From positions 5,111 to 69,110 of the forward strand of contig JAJCYP010000030.1 of NCBI GenBank assembly GCA_029262855.1: 64,000 nucleotides of DNA, given 5' to 3'. Position numbers and translations under genes: made by a program. This DNA is from Bacteroidota bacterium. GTDB taxonomy: Bacteria; Bacteroidota; Rhodothermia; Rhodothermales; UBA10348. This document shows, piece after piece, positions 47,660-57,100 of this stretch. The notes beneath the pieces are model-generated. The model was not told the DNA's origin and searched no databases. It worked only from the letters and a program-made list of their open reading frames with translations. How positions within the stretch are numbered: position 1 is the stretch's first letter; each line of letters starts with the position of its first letter.

Positions 47660-50422
47660 CTACTTGACCAGGAGCATTGAGCGGGTCAGAACCCCTCGCG
47701 GCGTCGTCAGACGATACAGGTATCGTCCCGTGGCCAGTCCGCGTCCGTCGAAACGCACTCGGTGGATTCCGGAAGGCAAAACGCCGTCGTGCAGGACCCC
47801 GACACGCCGACCGGTCAGGTCGAAAACTTCCAGAAGTGCATGAGTCTCCGATGCCAGGGTGAAAGCGATCGTCGTGACCGGATTGAAGGGGTTCGGGTAG
47901 TTCTGCGTCAACTCGGGTCCGCCATCGACGGGCGTGTCCTGGACCGTCTCGACCGAGCGGCGCGGGCTCCGGGTTTCGAATCCGCCCTTGGCGGTGAAGC
48001 CCAGGTCCGGAAGCGGAGCGGACAGGAAAGAGTCCGAGAAGCGAGAAACGTATACCGCGTACTCGCTCCTTGTGACTCTGTCGTCAGGCTCATACAGCGG
48101 GCCCTGAGGCGAGTCCGCTGCTTCCATAATGCCGAGGTCAAGCGCCAGCTGAACATAGCCGCGAAGCTCGGGCGCAATGGCCGACCAGTCGGCCAGTTCC
48201 AGATTGCCGTCGTAGACAGGGCGCTCTCCGTGAGACCGGGCCGCCTCCTGGAGGGCCAGGCTCTGCACAAATGAGTAGGCCAGCCTTTCCCGCGTGACCT
48301 TACGCTTGGGTTGGAAAGCACCCTCCCGAAGTCGCATCACCCCGTCCAGAAGCCCGTCGGTGTCCATCAGAGCGGCCCCGGTTGATAGCACAGCAGCGGC
48401 AAAGGGCGCTTCGGACTCCTTCAGGTCCTCGGGTCCACCCTCGTCCAGCGCCTTGCGTATCCCCGCTCCCATAACGAGGTATTCGGCAATCTCAATGCGC
48501 CTGAGACGATCCTCCGGGCGAAAGCGTCGGGCACGATCTCCATCCACCAGGCGACGCGAAACGGCGTAGGCAATGACAGATTCATCGGGATGGCCGGAAA
48601 TGTCACCAAGGCCCTCGAGGTCAGTGGCCAGGAGGGCAACGTGGCCTCGAACCTGTCCGGGAACGCCAATCCCGTTCGTGAGGCCGAAGGCGTCCAGGCG
48701 AAGGCCTGCCCAGGCTCCAACTCCTCGCACCTCCAGCGTCCATTCTCCGGGGACTGCCGGGGCTGTGACGGTGACACCCGCCTGATATGCCGGGATCGAA
48801 ACGCCTGACTCGTATTGCTGGCCAACCGGATTCGTCAGGACGAGAGCGGCCGTGTTTTCCCCGATCGTGGCGGCGGCCGAGACGAGGTCGGTATCCTCAG
48901 CGACCGGAAATACCAGGCGCTGCGATGTACCGGCGGGCGAGAAGGCGAGATCAAACGGAATTGCGGGCTGCGACGGAGCCAGCGTGACGTTGGCGTTGAA
49001 GGACCGCCGGAGATTCACCGTTTCGGCGAGTCCGGCCTGTCCGTCGCGATGCAGGACGGTTTGGACAACCGCCGCGTGAGCGTTGACGTACCCTGCCCCG
49101 GCTTCCCATGCTGCGCCGCCGCTCATGTTCGTCGCCGTGCTCTCAAGGATGTCCTTGACGCGCCGCCAGTCCAACGTTGGATCGGCCTCAAGCATCATCG
49201 CGATGATGCCGGCAACATGCGGGCATGCCATCGAGGTGCCCGTGGCCACGGCATAGTAGGGCACGAACTCAGGGTGGAGCGACCAGTGCATCGATCCGGT
49301 CGAGGCGTTGGCGGAGATCACCGCCGTACCCGGGGCCGTGATTGTCGGACGATCGACCCAGGTGTACACGGTCCCGTCCCGGCCGGTGAACGTGCCGCTC
49401 TCACCAATCCGTCCTCGCGAAGAAAAACTCCCCAATCGCCCCTGATTGTCCCCTGCGGCAACGGTCACCACCCAGGGAGCCTTCTTGTAGTTGCCCGTGA
49501 TCGTGCCGGAAACGGGTCCAGAGTTGCCGGCCGAAAAGACGACGATGATCCCTCGATCGGCCAGCTTCTTCGTCGCGACGTTTGTCGGATGATCAGGCTG
49601 GAAATCAGTACCGGAGTCATCGGATTCCCCAAACGAGTTGGAAACCACCCGAATATTGTATTCGAACTGATGGGTGAGGGCATAATCGAATCCGCCCAGC
49701 GCATCCAGAACGAGTACCACGGCACCGGAACCGTAGCCGATGATGTCGGCTCCCGGGGCTACACCCTCGAATTTTCCGCCTGACGCCGCGCCCGTGCCCC
49801 CCAGAATGCCTGCGACGTGAGTGCCGTGCCCGCCGCCGTGATCTGTGTTCGGGATGCCACCAACGTAGGTTACCGGGAGAAGGGAGCTCACCGCAGCGAG
49901 GTTGGTCTGACCCGCTACGTTTTCCACCACGTTGTCTTTAAGGTCGGGATGTGTCGCGTCAATTCCGGAGTCGTTGACCAGAACGCCGATACCCCGGCCC
50001 GAGTACGGAAGGCCAGCTGCAGTCCTCAAGCCTGCATCGGCGCGCAGTCGGTCCACACCGGTCGCCGCGGTCGGCCCGCGGTTTTCGAGTACCAGACGAT
50101 CGTTCAGCCAAATCGAGCGGACGGAAGAGAGCGCAGCGATCGCTTCAATCTGGCCGGGCGTGGCCAGAAGGCCCGCGATGGGCAAACTGCGAAACCAGAA
50201 CCCGGTGACTCCGATCGCCTGCAATTCGGCTATCTGCCCACTGGAGATGGGTCCTTCGGCTTCGAAGGTGACCACCACCTCGAGCTGCTCCAGGGGCGCC
50301 GCGGATGCCAGCGCCTCTTGAAGGGTAGGTCCGAGCGTCTGAGCCGACGCCGGCGAGGCAATCGGCAGAAGGACCACTGTCAGTGCAGCGAGGACGGAAA
50401 ACCGGCGGGCGGATAGGCTCAC
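47660..50422 (-). CDS. secreted S8 serine peptidase with SLH-like repeats and T9SS C-terminal sorting domain (paralog 3)
   Basis: LVNDSGIDATHPDL, GGHGTHVAG and TGTSMACPHVAG. C-terminal NYPNPFNPVTTIAF...VFDLTGRRV...GRYLYRL...LLVK. A GTG at 50422 gives the signal peptide (M)SLSARRFSVLAALTVVLLPIASPASA. The ORF-track extension to 51136 is rejected. Confidence 0.85.
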   Translation of the reverse strand: MSLSARRFSVLAALTVVLLPIASPASAQTLGPTLQEALASAAPLEQLEVVVTFEAEGPISSGQIAELQAIGVTGFWFRSLPIAGLLATPGQIEAIAALSSVRSIWLNDRLVLENRGPTAATGVDRLRADAGLRTAAGLPYSGRGIGVLVNDSGIDATHPDLKDNVVENVAGQTNLAAVSSLLPVTYVGGIPNTDHGGGHGTHVAGILGGTGAASGGKFEGVAPGADIIGYGSGAVVLVLDALGGFDYALTHQFEYNIRVVSNSFGESDDSGTDFQPDHPTNVATKKLADRGIIVVFSAGNSGPVSGTITGNYKKAPWVVTVAAGDNQGRLGSFSSRGRIGESGTFTGRDGTVYTWVDRPTITAPGTAVISANASTGSMHWSLHPEFVPYYAVATGTSMACPHVAGIIAMMLEADPTLDWRRVKDILESTATNMSGGAAWEAGAGYVNAHAAVVQTVLHRDGQAGLAETVNLRRSFNANVTLAPSQPAIPFDLAFSPAGTSQRLVFPVAEDTDLVSAAATIGENTAALVLTNPVGQQYESGVSIPAYQAGVTVTAPAVPGEWTLEVRGVGAWAGLRLDAFGLTNGIGVPGQVRGHVALLATDLEGLGDISGHPDESVIAYAVSRRLVDGDRARRFRPEDRLRRIEIAEYLVMGAGIRKALDEGGPEDLKESEAPFAAAVLSTGAALMDTDGLLDGVMRLREGAFQPKRKVTRERLAYSFVQSLALQEAARSHGERPVYDGNLELADWSAIAPELRGYVQLALDLGIMEAADSPQGPLYEPDDRVTRSEYAVYVSRFSDSFLSAPLPDLGFTAKGGFETRSPRRSVETVQDTPVDGGPELTQNYPNPFNPVTTIAFTLASETHALLEVFDLTGRRVGVLHDGVLPSGIHRVRFDGRGLATGRYLYRLTTPRGVLTRSMLLVK

Positions 50423-50554
50423 TGTGCGCAGGGTGGCTGGGTCCTGGAATACAGCAGAGAAAATGGAAATCAATCGCCCGTTCTGCAGTCGGCACAGGAC
50501 GCAATGGAGCGTAAGAAGGTGGACCTCGAGGCCGTAGGCGGGACGGTATTCGTT

Positions 50555-50572
50555 TGTAGGAAAAGTCCTACA
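50555..50572. promoter_or_regulatory. 18-bp perfect palindrome TGTAGGA-AAAG-TCCTACA (operator candidate)
   Basis: Perfect 7-bp inverted repeat with a 4-nt spacer, in the divergent region between S8 paralog 3 and the Asp-box propeller gene. 16/18 identical to 47616-47633. Confidence 0.45.
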
Positions 50573-50579
50573 GCGATCC

Positions 50580-50597
50580 TGTGACATATTTGTGACC
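50580..50597. promoter_or_regulatory. direct repeat TGTGACA-TATT-TGTGACC (11-bp period), same half-site as 36953-36970 on the opposite strand
   Basis: Its reverse complement, GGTCACA-AATA-TGTCACA, matches TGTCACA-GAAC-TGTCACA at 36953. It sits 7 nt from the palindrome. CATATTTG (50585-50592) resembles a -7 element. Confidence 0.4.
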
Positions 50598-50674
50598 ATT
50601 GCACCTGTACATTCCTGAATGCGGCACCGGTCGGTGGCCGCGCTACCCCCTTGGCACAAACCCCATTTAAGACA

Positions 50675-53600
50675 ATGAGGACCCACACACTCCTCCGTGC
50701 GGCAGGCCTGGCCCTGTGCAGCGTACTGGTTTTGATCCCGACTGCTGACGCGCAAAAGCTGGATCTCGACAAGCTGAAGGCCATGCAGGCGCGGGCGATT
50801 GGCCCGGCCGGTATGAGTGGCCGCGTCACGGCCATCGATGTAGTCCTGAGAGACCCCGCGGTGATCTACGCCGGCACCGCCTCGGGCGGACTGTGGCGAT
50901 CCACGAATGCAGGGATCAGCTGGGAGCCCGTCTTCGACGACCAGCCGGTGCACTCCATTGGAGCCGTGGCCGTAAACCAGAGCAATCCGGACGTGATCTG
51001 GGTCGCAACAGGAGAGGGCAACCCTCGCAACAGCGCCAACGCTGGAAACGGCATCTACAAGTCGATCGATGGCGGGCGAAGCTGGCGGCACCTTGGCCTC
51101 GAGAACAGCCGGACGATTCACAGGCTCATCCTGCATCCCACCAATCCGGACGTGGCCTACGCGGGTGTTCAGGGCCCCCCGTGGGGCGAGGGAGAGGAAC
51201 GCGGCGTCTACAAGACTACCGACGGTGGCGAGACCTGGGTCCGGATTCTGTATGCCAACGTGAAGACCGGAATTGCTGATCTGGTCATGGATCCCGTGAA
51301 TCCCGACAAGCTCATCGCCGCAATGTGGGAATTCCGCCGGTGGCCCTACTTCATGAAGTCGGGTGGCGAAGGATCCGGGATCTGGGTCACGTATGATGGT
51401 GGAGAAAACTGGACCCAGCGCACCAGCGAAGACGGGCTGCCAGAGGGCGAACTCGGTCGGATCGGCCTGTCGATCGCGCCGAGCGATCCATCGATCGTCT
51501 ATGCCATTGTCGAAGCGAAGGAAAATGTGTGGCTACGGTCCACCGACGGTGGCTTTTCGTTCGAAGAGGTCAACAAGGGACAGCCGGTCACCAATCGCCC
51601 GTTCTACTACAACGACATCTTCGTCGACCCAGTAAACGAGAATCGGGTCTACTGGCTCTCGTCCAGTGTCCGAGTCACCAATGACGGGGGACGGACCTTC
51701 GAGCCCATCCCGCCACAGGGTACCCCGGGTGGCGGTATCCATCCGGACCACCACGCATTCTGGGTTCATCCGGATGATGCGGATTACCTCATCGAAGGGA
51801 ACGACGGTGGCCTCAACATCTCCCGTGATCGTGGCAAGACCTGGCGCTTCGCGGAAAACCTCCCGCTGGCCCAGTTCTACCACATCAACGTGGACAACAG
51901 CATTCCCTACAACGTGATGGGAGGGCTGCAGGACAACGGCTCCTGGATCGGCCCTGCCTACCTCTGGAGAGCCGGTGGAATCCGGAATTCGGACTGGAAG
52001 GAGGTAGGATTTGGAGACGGTTTCGATGTCACGGTGATGCCGGACAACGAACGATTCATGTACTCGATGAGTCAGGGCGGCAGTCTGCGTCGATTTGACT
52101 CGGAGACCGGGACCGGCGTCAGCATCCGACCGATCCATCCGGATGGTGAGTTCCTCCGGTTTAATTGGAATGCGGCCTTTGCCCAAAGTCCCCAGAATGC
52201 TGCTACGATCTACTATGGCAGCCAGTACCTACACAAGTCCACCGATCGTGGTAACAACTGGACGATCATCTCGCCGGATCTGACAACGAACGATCCGGAG
52301 AAGCAAAAACAGATCGACTCGGGAGGACTCAACTATGATGTCACCGGTGCCGAGAACTACACCACCATCGTCTCGATTGCCCCGAGTCCACTCGACGGGA
52401 ACGTGATCTGGGCCGGGTCGGATGACGGGAACGTCCAGGTGACGCGTGATGGGGGAGCAACTTGGACCAATACGGTCGGCGGAATGCGCGGGCTCGCCAA
52501 GGGCGGTTGGGTCACCCAGATCAAGGCGTCCACCTACAATGCCGGCGAGGCGTTCGTGGTGATTGAGGATCATCGCCGCAACAACTGGGAGACGTACCTC
52601 TACCACACCCGCGATTACGGTTCCACGTGGTCCCGGATGGCGGAGGACGCCTGGGGCTATGCCCTCTCGTTCGTACAGGACCCTGTTCAACCCCGTCTCA
52701 TGTTCCTCGGAACGGAGTTCGGCGTATGGGTCTCCGTGGACGCTGGAGCGAACTGGACCCAGTGGACGAATGGCATGCCGACCATGTCCGCCATGGATAT
52801 GGTCATACATCCCCGCGAACATGACCTCGTGGTCGGGACGTTTGGTAGAGCGATTTACGTTCTCGATGACATTCGGCCACTGAGGGCGATCGCCACGGAA
52901 GGTGCGGAGATCCTGGATGCTCGCCTGAAGGCAATCGCGGCCCCGGATGCTTATCTCGCCCAATGGGGACAGGCAGCGGGGACCCGGTTCTCGGCCAGTG
53001 CCATGTTTGAAGGGGAGAACCGTGATCGCGGAGGCATGATCTCCTACATCGTCAATCGTCCCGAGCGGTCGGGTGACGGTGAGCGGGCAGGAGGCGAGGC
53101 AGATGCCGAACGGCCGGCGGCCATGCGGGCGCGCCGAGCGGCGGCAGGAGGCCCAGGACGGGCTGGACGCGCAGGCGGCGCTCGGAATCGGGTCAAGATC
53201 GAGATTGTAAACGGCGATGGCGAGGTGATCCGGACGGCGAACGGACCCGCCGAGCCCGGACTGAATCGCTACTTCTGGCGGCTTCGCCAGAAGGGGTTCA
53301 GTCAGCCCGGAGGCGGGTTCCGTGGCGGCGGTCGATTCGGTGGTGGCGGTGGCGCCGACCAGGAACCGGCCGGACCCGACGTGCTGCCGGGCACCTACAA
53401 GGTGAGGCTGACGATGGGTCAGGCGAGCGACTCGACCAGCATCACCGTGCATCCGGACCCGAGGCAGGACTACAACCGCGCCGGCGCTGAGGCCCGGGTC
53501 GCGCTGTACCAGAGCATGGAGGGACTGTTCACCGCCGCAACTGACGCCCTCAAGCAGCTGACCGATGCCGGCGAGGCCCACGACTGGATTGGCGATAAGC

Positions 53601-53959
53601 TGTCGGCGATGGACGAGGAGGACCGCGGAGATCTGATGGAAGAGCACCGTGCGGTCAAGGACTCCCTGGACGCCGTGAGGGCCGTGATCTTTGGCGAGCA
53701 GGGAGCACAGGGCATCAGGCGTGATCCGACTACCGTCTCTTCCAGGATGCGAACCGCACTCGGATACATCAGCCGGAGCACGGACATGCCCGGAGCCACC
53801 GAGGATGCGGCCATGGCCCAGAGTCGCGCCGCGATCTCCGAGCTCGTCGAGTTGGTGAACGGTTTCATTGGCGGCCGATGGGCAGAGTATGTCCAGACCA
53901 TCGAGGGCGCCAATCTTTCGTTGTTCACCCCCATGGAGCCCGTTCGCTTGAACAACTGA
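50675..53959 (+). CDS. Asp-box (BNR) repeat, VPS10/sortilin-like beta-propeller protein (paralog A)
   Basis: Signal peptide MRTHTLLRAAGLALCSVLVLIPTADA at ATG 50675. About 11 Asp-box-like motifs (SIDGGRSW, TTDGGETW, TYDGGENW, SRDRGKTW, TRDGGATW...). Confidence 0.8.
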   Translation: MRTHTLLRAAGLALCSVLVLIPTADAQKLDLDKLKAMQARAIGPAGMSGRVTAIDVVLRDPAVIYAGTASGGLWRSTNAGISWEPVFDDQPVHSIGAVAVNQSNPDVIWVATGEGNPRNSANAGNGIYKSIDGGRSWRHLGLENSRTIHRLILHPTNPDVAYAGVQGPPWGEGEERGVYKTTDGGETWVRILYANVKTGIADLVMDPVNPDKLIAAMWEFRRWPYFMKSGGEGSGIWVTYDGGENWTQRTSEDGLPEGELGRIGLSIAPSDPSIVYAIVEAKENVWLRSTDGGFSFEEVNKGQPVTNRPFYYNDIFVDPVNENRVYWLSSSVRVTNDGGRTFEPIPPQGTPGGGIHPDHHAFWVHPDDADYLIEGNDGGLNISRDRGKTWRFAENLPLAQFYHINVDNSIPYNVMGGLQDNGSWIGPAYLWRAGGIRNSDWKEVGFGDGFDVTVMPDNERFMYSMSQGGSLRRFDSETGTGVSIRPIHPDGEFLRFNWNAAFAQSPQNAATIYYGSQYLHKSTDRGNNWTIISPDLTTNDPEKQKQIDSGGLNYDVTGAENYTTIVSIAPSPLDGNVIWAGSDDGNVQVTRDGGATWTNTVGGMRGLAKGGWVTQIKASTYNAGEAFVVIEDHRRNNWETYLYHTRDYGSTWSRMAEDAWGYALSFVQDPVQPRLMFLGTEFGVWVSVDAGANWTQWTNGMPTMSAMDMVIHPREHDLVVGTFGRAIYVLDDIRPLRAIATEGAEILDARLKAIAAPDAYLAQWGQAAGTRFSASAMFEGENRDRGGMISYIVNRPERSGDGERAGGEADAERPAAMRARRAAAGGPGRAGRAGGARNRVKIEIVNGDGEVIRTANGPAEPGLNRYFWRLRQKGFSQPGGGFRGGGRFGGGGGADQEPAGPDVLPGTYKVRLTMGQASDSTSITVHPDPRQDYNRAGAEARVALYQSMEGLFTAATDALKQLTDAGEAHDWIGDKLSAMDEEDRGDLMEEHRAVKDSLDAVRAVIFGEQGAQGIRRDPTTVSSRMRTALGYISRSTDMPGATEDAAMAQSRAAISELVELVNGFIGGRWAEYVQTIEGANLSLFTPMEPVRLNN

Positions 53960-53994
53960 TGCTATTCTTCCGGACCGAAACCCGCCGCCCTGCC

Positions 53995-54062
53995 ATGCGC
54001 CTTCTATTCCTCGCCGTCACACTTGTCGTTGTCGCACCCGTCATCGCCCAGGAGAAGCCTCC
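53995..54062 (+). other. orphaned signal-peptide-encoding segment, out of frame with the downstream amidohydrolase ORF
   Basis: ATG 53995 encodes MRLLFLAVTLVVVAPVIAQEKP. That frame terminates at TGA 54130-54132, while the amidohydrolase frame is open but start-less over the same stretch. Confidence 0.6.
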
Positions 54063-54128
54063 TGGGATGTCTCGGCCCCGTTCGGCCCCACGTCGGAGGT
54101 CTCCTTCACAACGGACGAGGGCACATGG

Positions 54129-57100
54129 ATGAGCCTGGACGTTTCGCCAGACGGGCGCACGATTGTCTTCGACATGATGGGAGACCTCTACACGATACCC
54201 ATCGCTGGTGGAACAGCCACCTCCATCACCACGGGCCCGGCCTGGGACGTGCAGCCCACATTCAGCCCGGACGGCTCCCGCATCGCCTTCACGAGCGATC
54301 GGGCCGGCGGCGACAATATCTGGACGATTGCCGCCGATGGATCCGACGCCCGTCAGGTGACGAAGGAAAAATTCCGGTTGCTCAACGGCCCTGCCTGGAC
54401 GCCGGACGGCGCGTACCTCCTGGCTCGCAAGCACTTCACGTCCTCGCGCTCTCTCGGGGCCGGTGAGGTCTGGATGTATCACGCGTCGGGCGAAGCCTCA
54501 GGCGGGATTCAACTCACCAAGCAGAAGAACAACCAGCAGGATCAGGGCAATGAGATTACACTCAGTCCTGACGGCCGATATGTCTACTTTTCCGAGGATA
54601 TGTCGGGTGGGTCCACGTTCCAGTACAACAAGGATCCCAACGGCATGATCTACGCCATCCGGCGGCTGGATCGGGAGACGGGGCGACTGGAGAACTACAT
54701 CACCGGCGCCGGAGGTTCGGCGCGCGCTACCCCATCGCCCGACGGAAAGACCATCGCCTTTGTGCGCAGGGTGAGGGAGAAGTCCGTCATCTTCCTCTTC
54801 GATACAACCACGGGACGGCAGTGGCCCGTTTTCGACGGGCTGAACCGGGACCAGCAGGAAGCCTGGGCCATCTTCGGCGTCTATCCGAGGATGGACTGGA
54901 CGCCCGATGGATCCAGCCTTGTGTTCTGGGCGGGCGGCAAGATCAATCGCCTGGACGTGGCATCCCGTGCGGTGGCGGACATTCCCTTCGAGGTGCAGAT
55001 CGATCGGACCATCCACGAGGCGCTGCGCGTGCCCGTCACTGTCCATGAGCCCAGCTTCGAGTCCAGGATGATTCGGGATGTGGCCACCGCGCCCGATGGC
55101 AGCATGATGGTGTTCCATTCGGCGGGCTTCCTCTACACCAAGGCGCTGCCGAACGGCGTGCCGAGGCGGCTGACGTCCCAGACCGAGCATTGGGAATACG
55201 ACCCCTCCTTCAGCCCGGACGGAAGAACCCTGGTGTACACCACCTGGAATGACCGGGACTATGCGGCGATCCGACGGATTTCGGTCACCGGAGGCGTCAG
55301 TCAGGTCCTGTCAACGCGTCCAGGGCACTACTATGAGCCCCGATTCTCTCCCGATGGGGCCCAGATTGTCTACCGGCGGGGCGGAGGCAGTTCGCTGACC
55401 GGTCGCCTGCATGGCATGGAGACCGGGATTTATCGCATGCCCGTCGCAGGAGGGCCCGCCACACGTGTGAGCCGATCAGGGTCTGATGCCCGCTTTGGTC
55501 CCCGCGGGAAGCGGGTCTACTTCCTGAGCGGCGGAGGGCTTTCGAAGGAATACCGGTCCGTGGATGTGAACGGGGCCGACGAGCGCACCCACCTGAACCT
55601 CAAATACGCCAACACGGCCGTTCCCAGCCCCGACTTCAAGTGGGTGGCATTCAACGAACTGTTCAATGCCTACGTCGTCCCGTTTCCAATGACCGGGGGA
55701 GCGATCGATCTCAACAAGGACTCGAAAGCGGTGCCCGTCAAGCAGGTTACGCGCGACCTGGGGACGGATCTGCATTGGTCGGCGGACTCGAAAACGCTTC
55801 ACTGGATGGTGGGGCCTGAGTACTACTCGCGCTCGCTGGCGGAGTCGTTTGCCTTTGTTGATGGTGCGCCTGAAGAGCTGCCCGCGATTGACAGCACCGG
55901 CGTGAGCGTCGGGTTGACGCTTCAGTCGGATGCTCCTTCGGGAACGACTGCCATCACCAACGCCCGACTGGTCACCATGAATGGCGATGAGGTCATCGCC
56001 CGCGGAACGATCCTGGTGAGCGGCAATCGAATTGCCGCGATTGGCGTCGATGTGGAAATCCCGGCAGGGGCAACGGTTATCGATGCGGCTGGGAAGACGG
56101 TCATGCCGGGGTTTGTGGATGCCCATGCGCATCTCAATCACTTCTTTACCGGCCCCATCCCGCAGGAATCCTGGGTGTACTCGGCCAATCTGGGCTTCGG
56201 CGTGACAACCACCCACGACCCGTCGGCAAACACGGAGACGGTCTTCACGCTTTCGGAGATGGTGAAGGCCGGCCGGATCATGGGTCCGCGGATCTACTCG
56301 ACCGGTACGATCCTCTACGGGGCCGACGGCGACTTCAAGGCCGAGGTCAACTCGCTGGACGATGCCCGGAGTCACCTCCGCCGGATGAAGGCAGTCGGCG
56401 CGATCAGCGTCAAGAGCTACAACCAGCCGCGACGCGAGCAGCGCCAGCAGATCATGCAGGCCGCGCGGGAGCAGGGCCTGAACGTGGTGCCCGAGGGCGG
56501 CTCGACCTTCAACCACAACATGACCATGATCATCGATGGTCACACGGGGATCGAGCATAGCGTGCCTGTCGCACCGCTGTACCGGGACGTGCTGGAGACC
56601 TGGCGGCACTCGAAGACCGGCTATACACCCACCCTGGTGGTGGTCTATGGCGGGCCCAGCGGTGAACGCTTCTTCTACGAGCGGGACAACGTGTGGGAGA
56701 ACGAGCGACTCCTTCGCTACGTGCCACGGGACAACGTGGATCCGCAGTCCCGGCGCAGGTGGAAGTCAGCCGACGACGAGTACTACCACGACGACGTGGC
56801 CGCGGAGGCCAAGAAACTGGTCGACCAGGGCAACACGGTCCAGATCGGTGCCCACGGACAGATGCAGGGCCTGGCGTTCCATTGGGAGATGCGCATGCTC
56901 ACCCAGGGTGGATTCACGCCGCACGAGGCGCTCCGATCTGCGACGCTCCACGGAGCCCGCTACCTCGGCATGGACGCGGACATCGGCTCGCTCGAGGTGG
57001 GCAAGCTGGCCGACTTGATCGTTGTCGATGGAGACCCGCTGGCCCGAATCGAGGACGCCGAGAACGTGACCCACGTGATGGTGAACGGGCGGATCTGGAA

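Noticed and set aside
47971-47987. gggtttcgaatccgccc, superficially like a tRNA T-arm (GGTTCGAATCC)
   Set aside because: The flanks do not form acceptor, D or anticodon stems. The sequence lies inside the S8 paralog 3 coding region. I found no tRNA in the window by eye.
50423-51136. 238-aa N-terminal extension of S8 paralog 3 given by the ORF track (start at 51136)
   Set aside because: The extension is antisense to the well-supported propeller gene and has no similarity to the N-termini of paralogs 1 and 2. The signal peptide aligned with the paralogs begins at GTG 50422.
52229-53647. 472-aa minus-strand ORF inside propeller paralog A, and the similar 377-aa ORF at 55476-56609 inside the amidohydrolase gene
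   Set aside because: They are antisense to genes with repeated, position-specific motifs (Asp-boxes, PD40 repeats, the HxH metal site). They have no motifs themselves.
54058-54066. Programmed ribosomal frameshift joining the signal peptide to the amidohydrolase body
   Set aside because: The sequence AAG CCT CCT GGG is not an X-XXY-YYZ slippery heptamer, and I see no obvious downstream stimulatory structure. A simple indel or sequencing error is more parsimonious.
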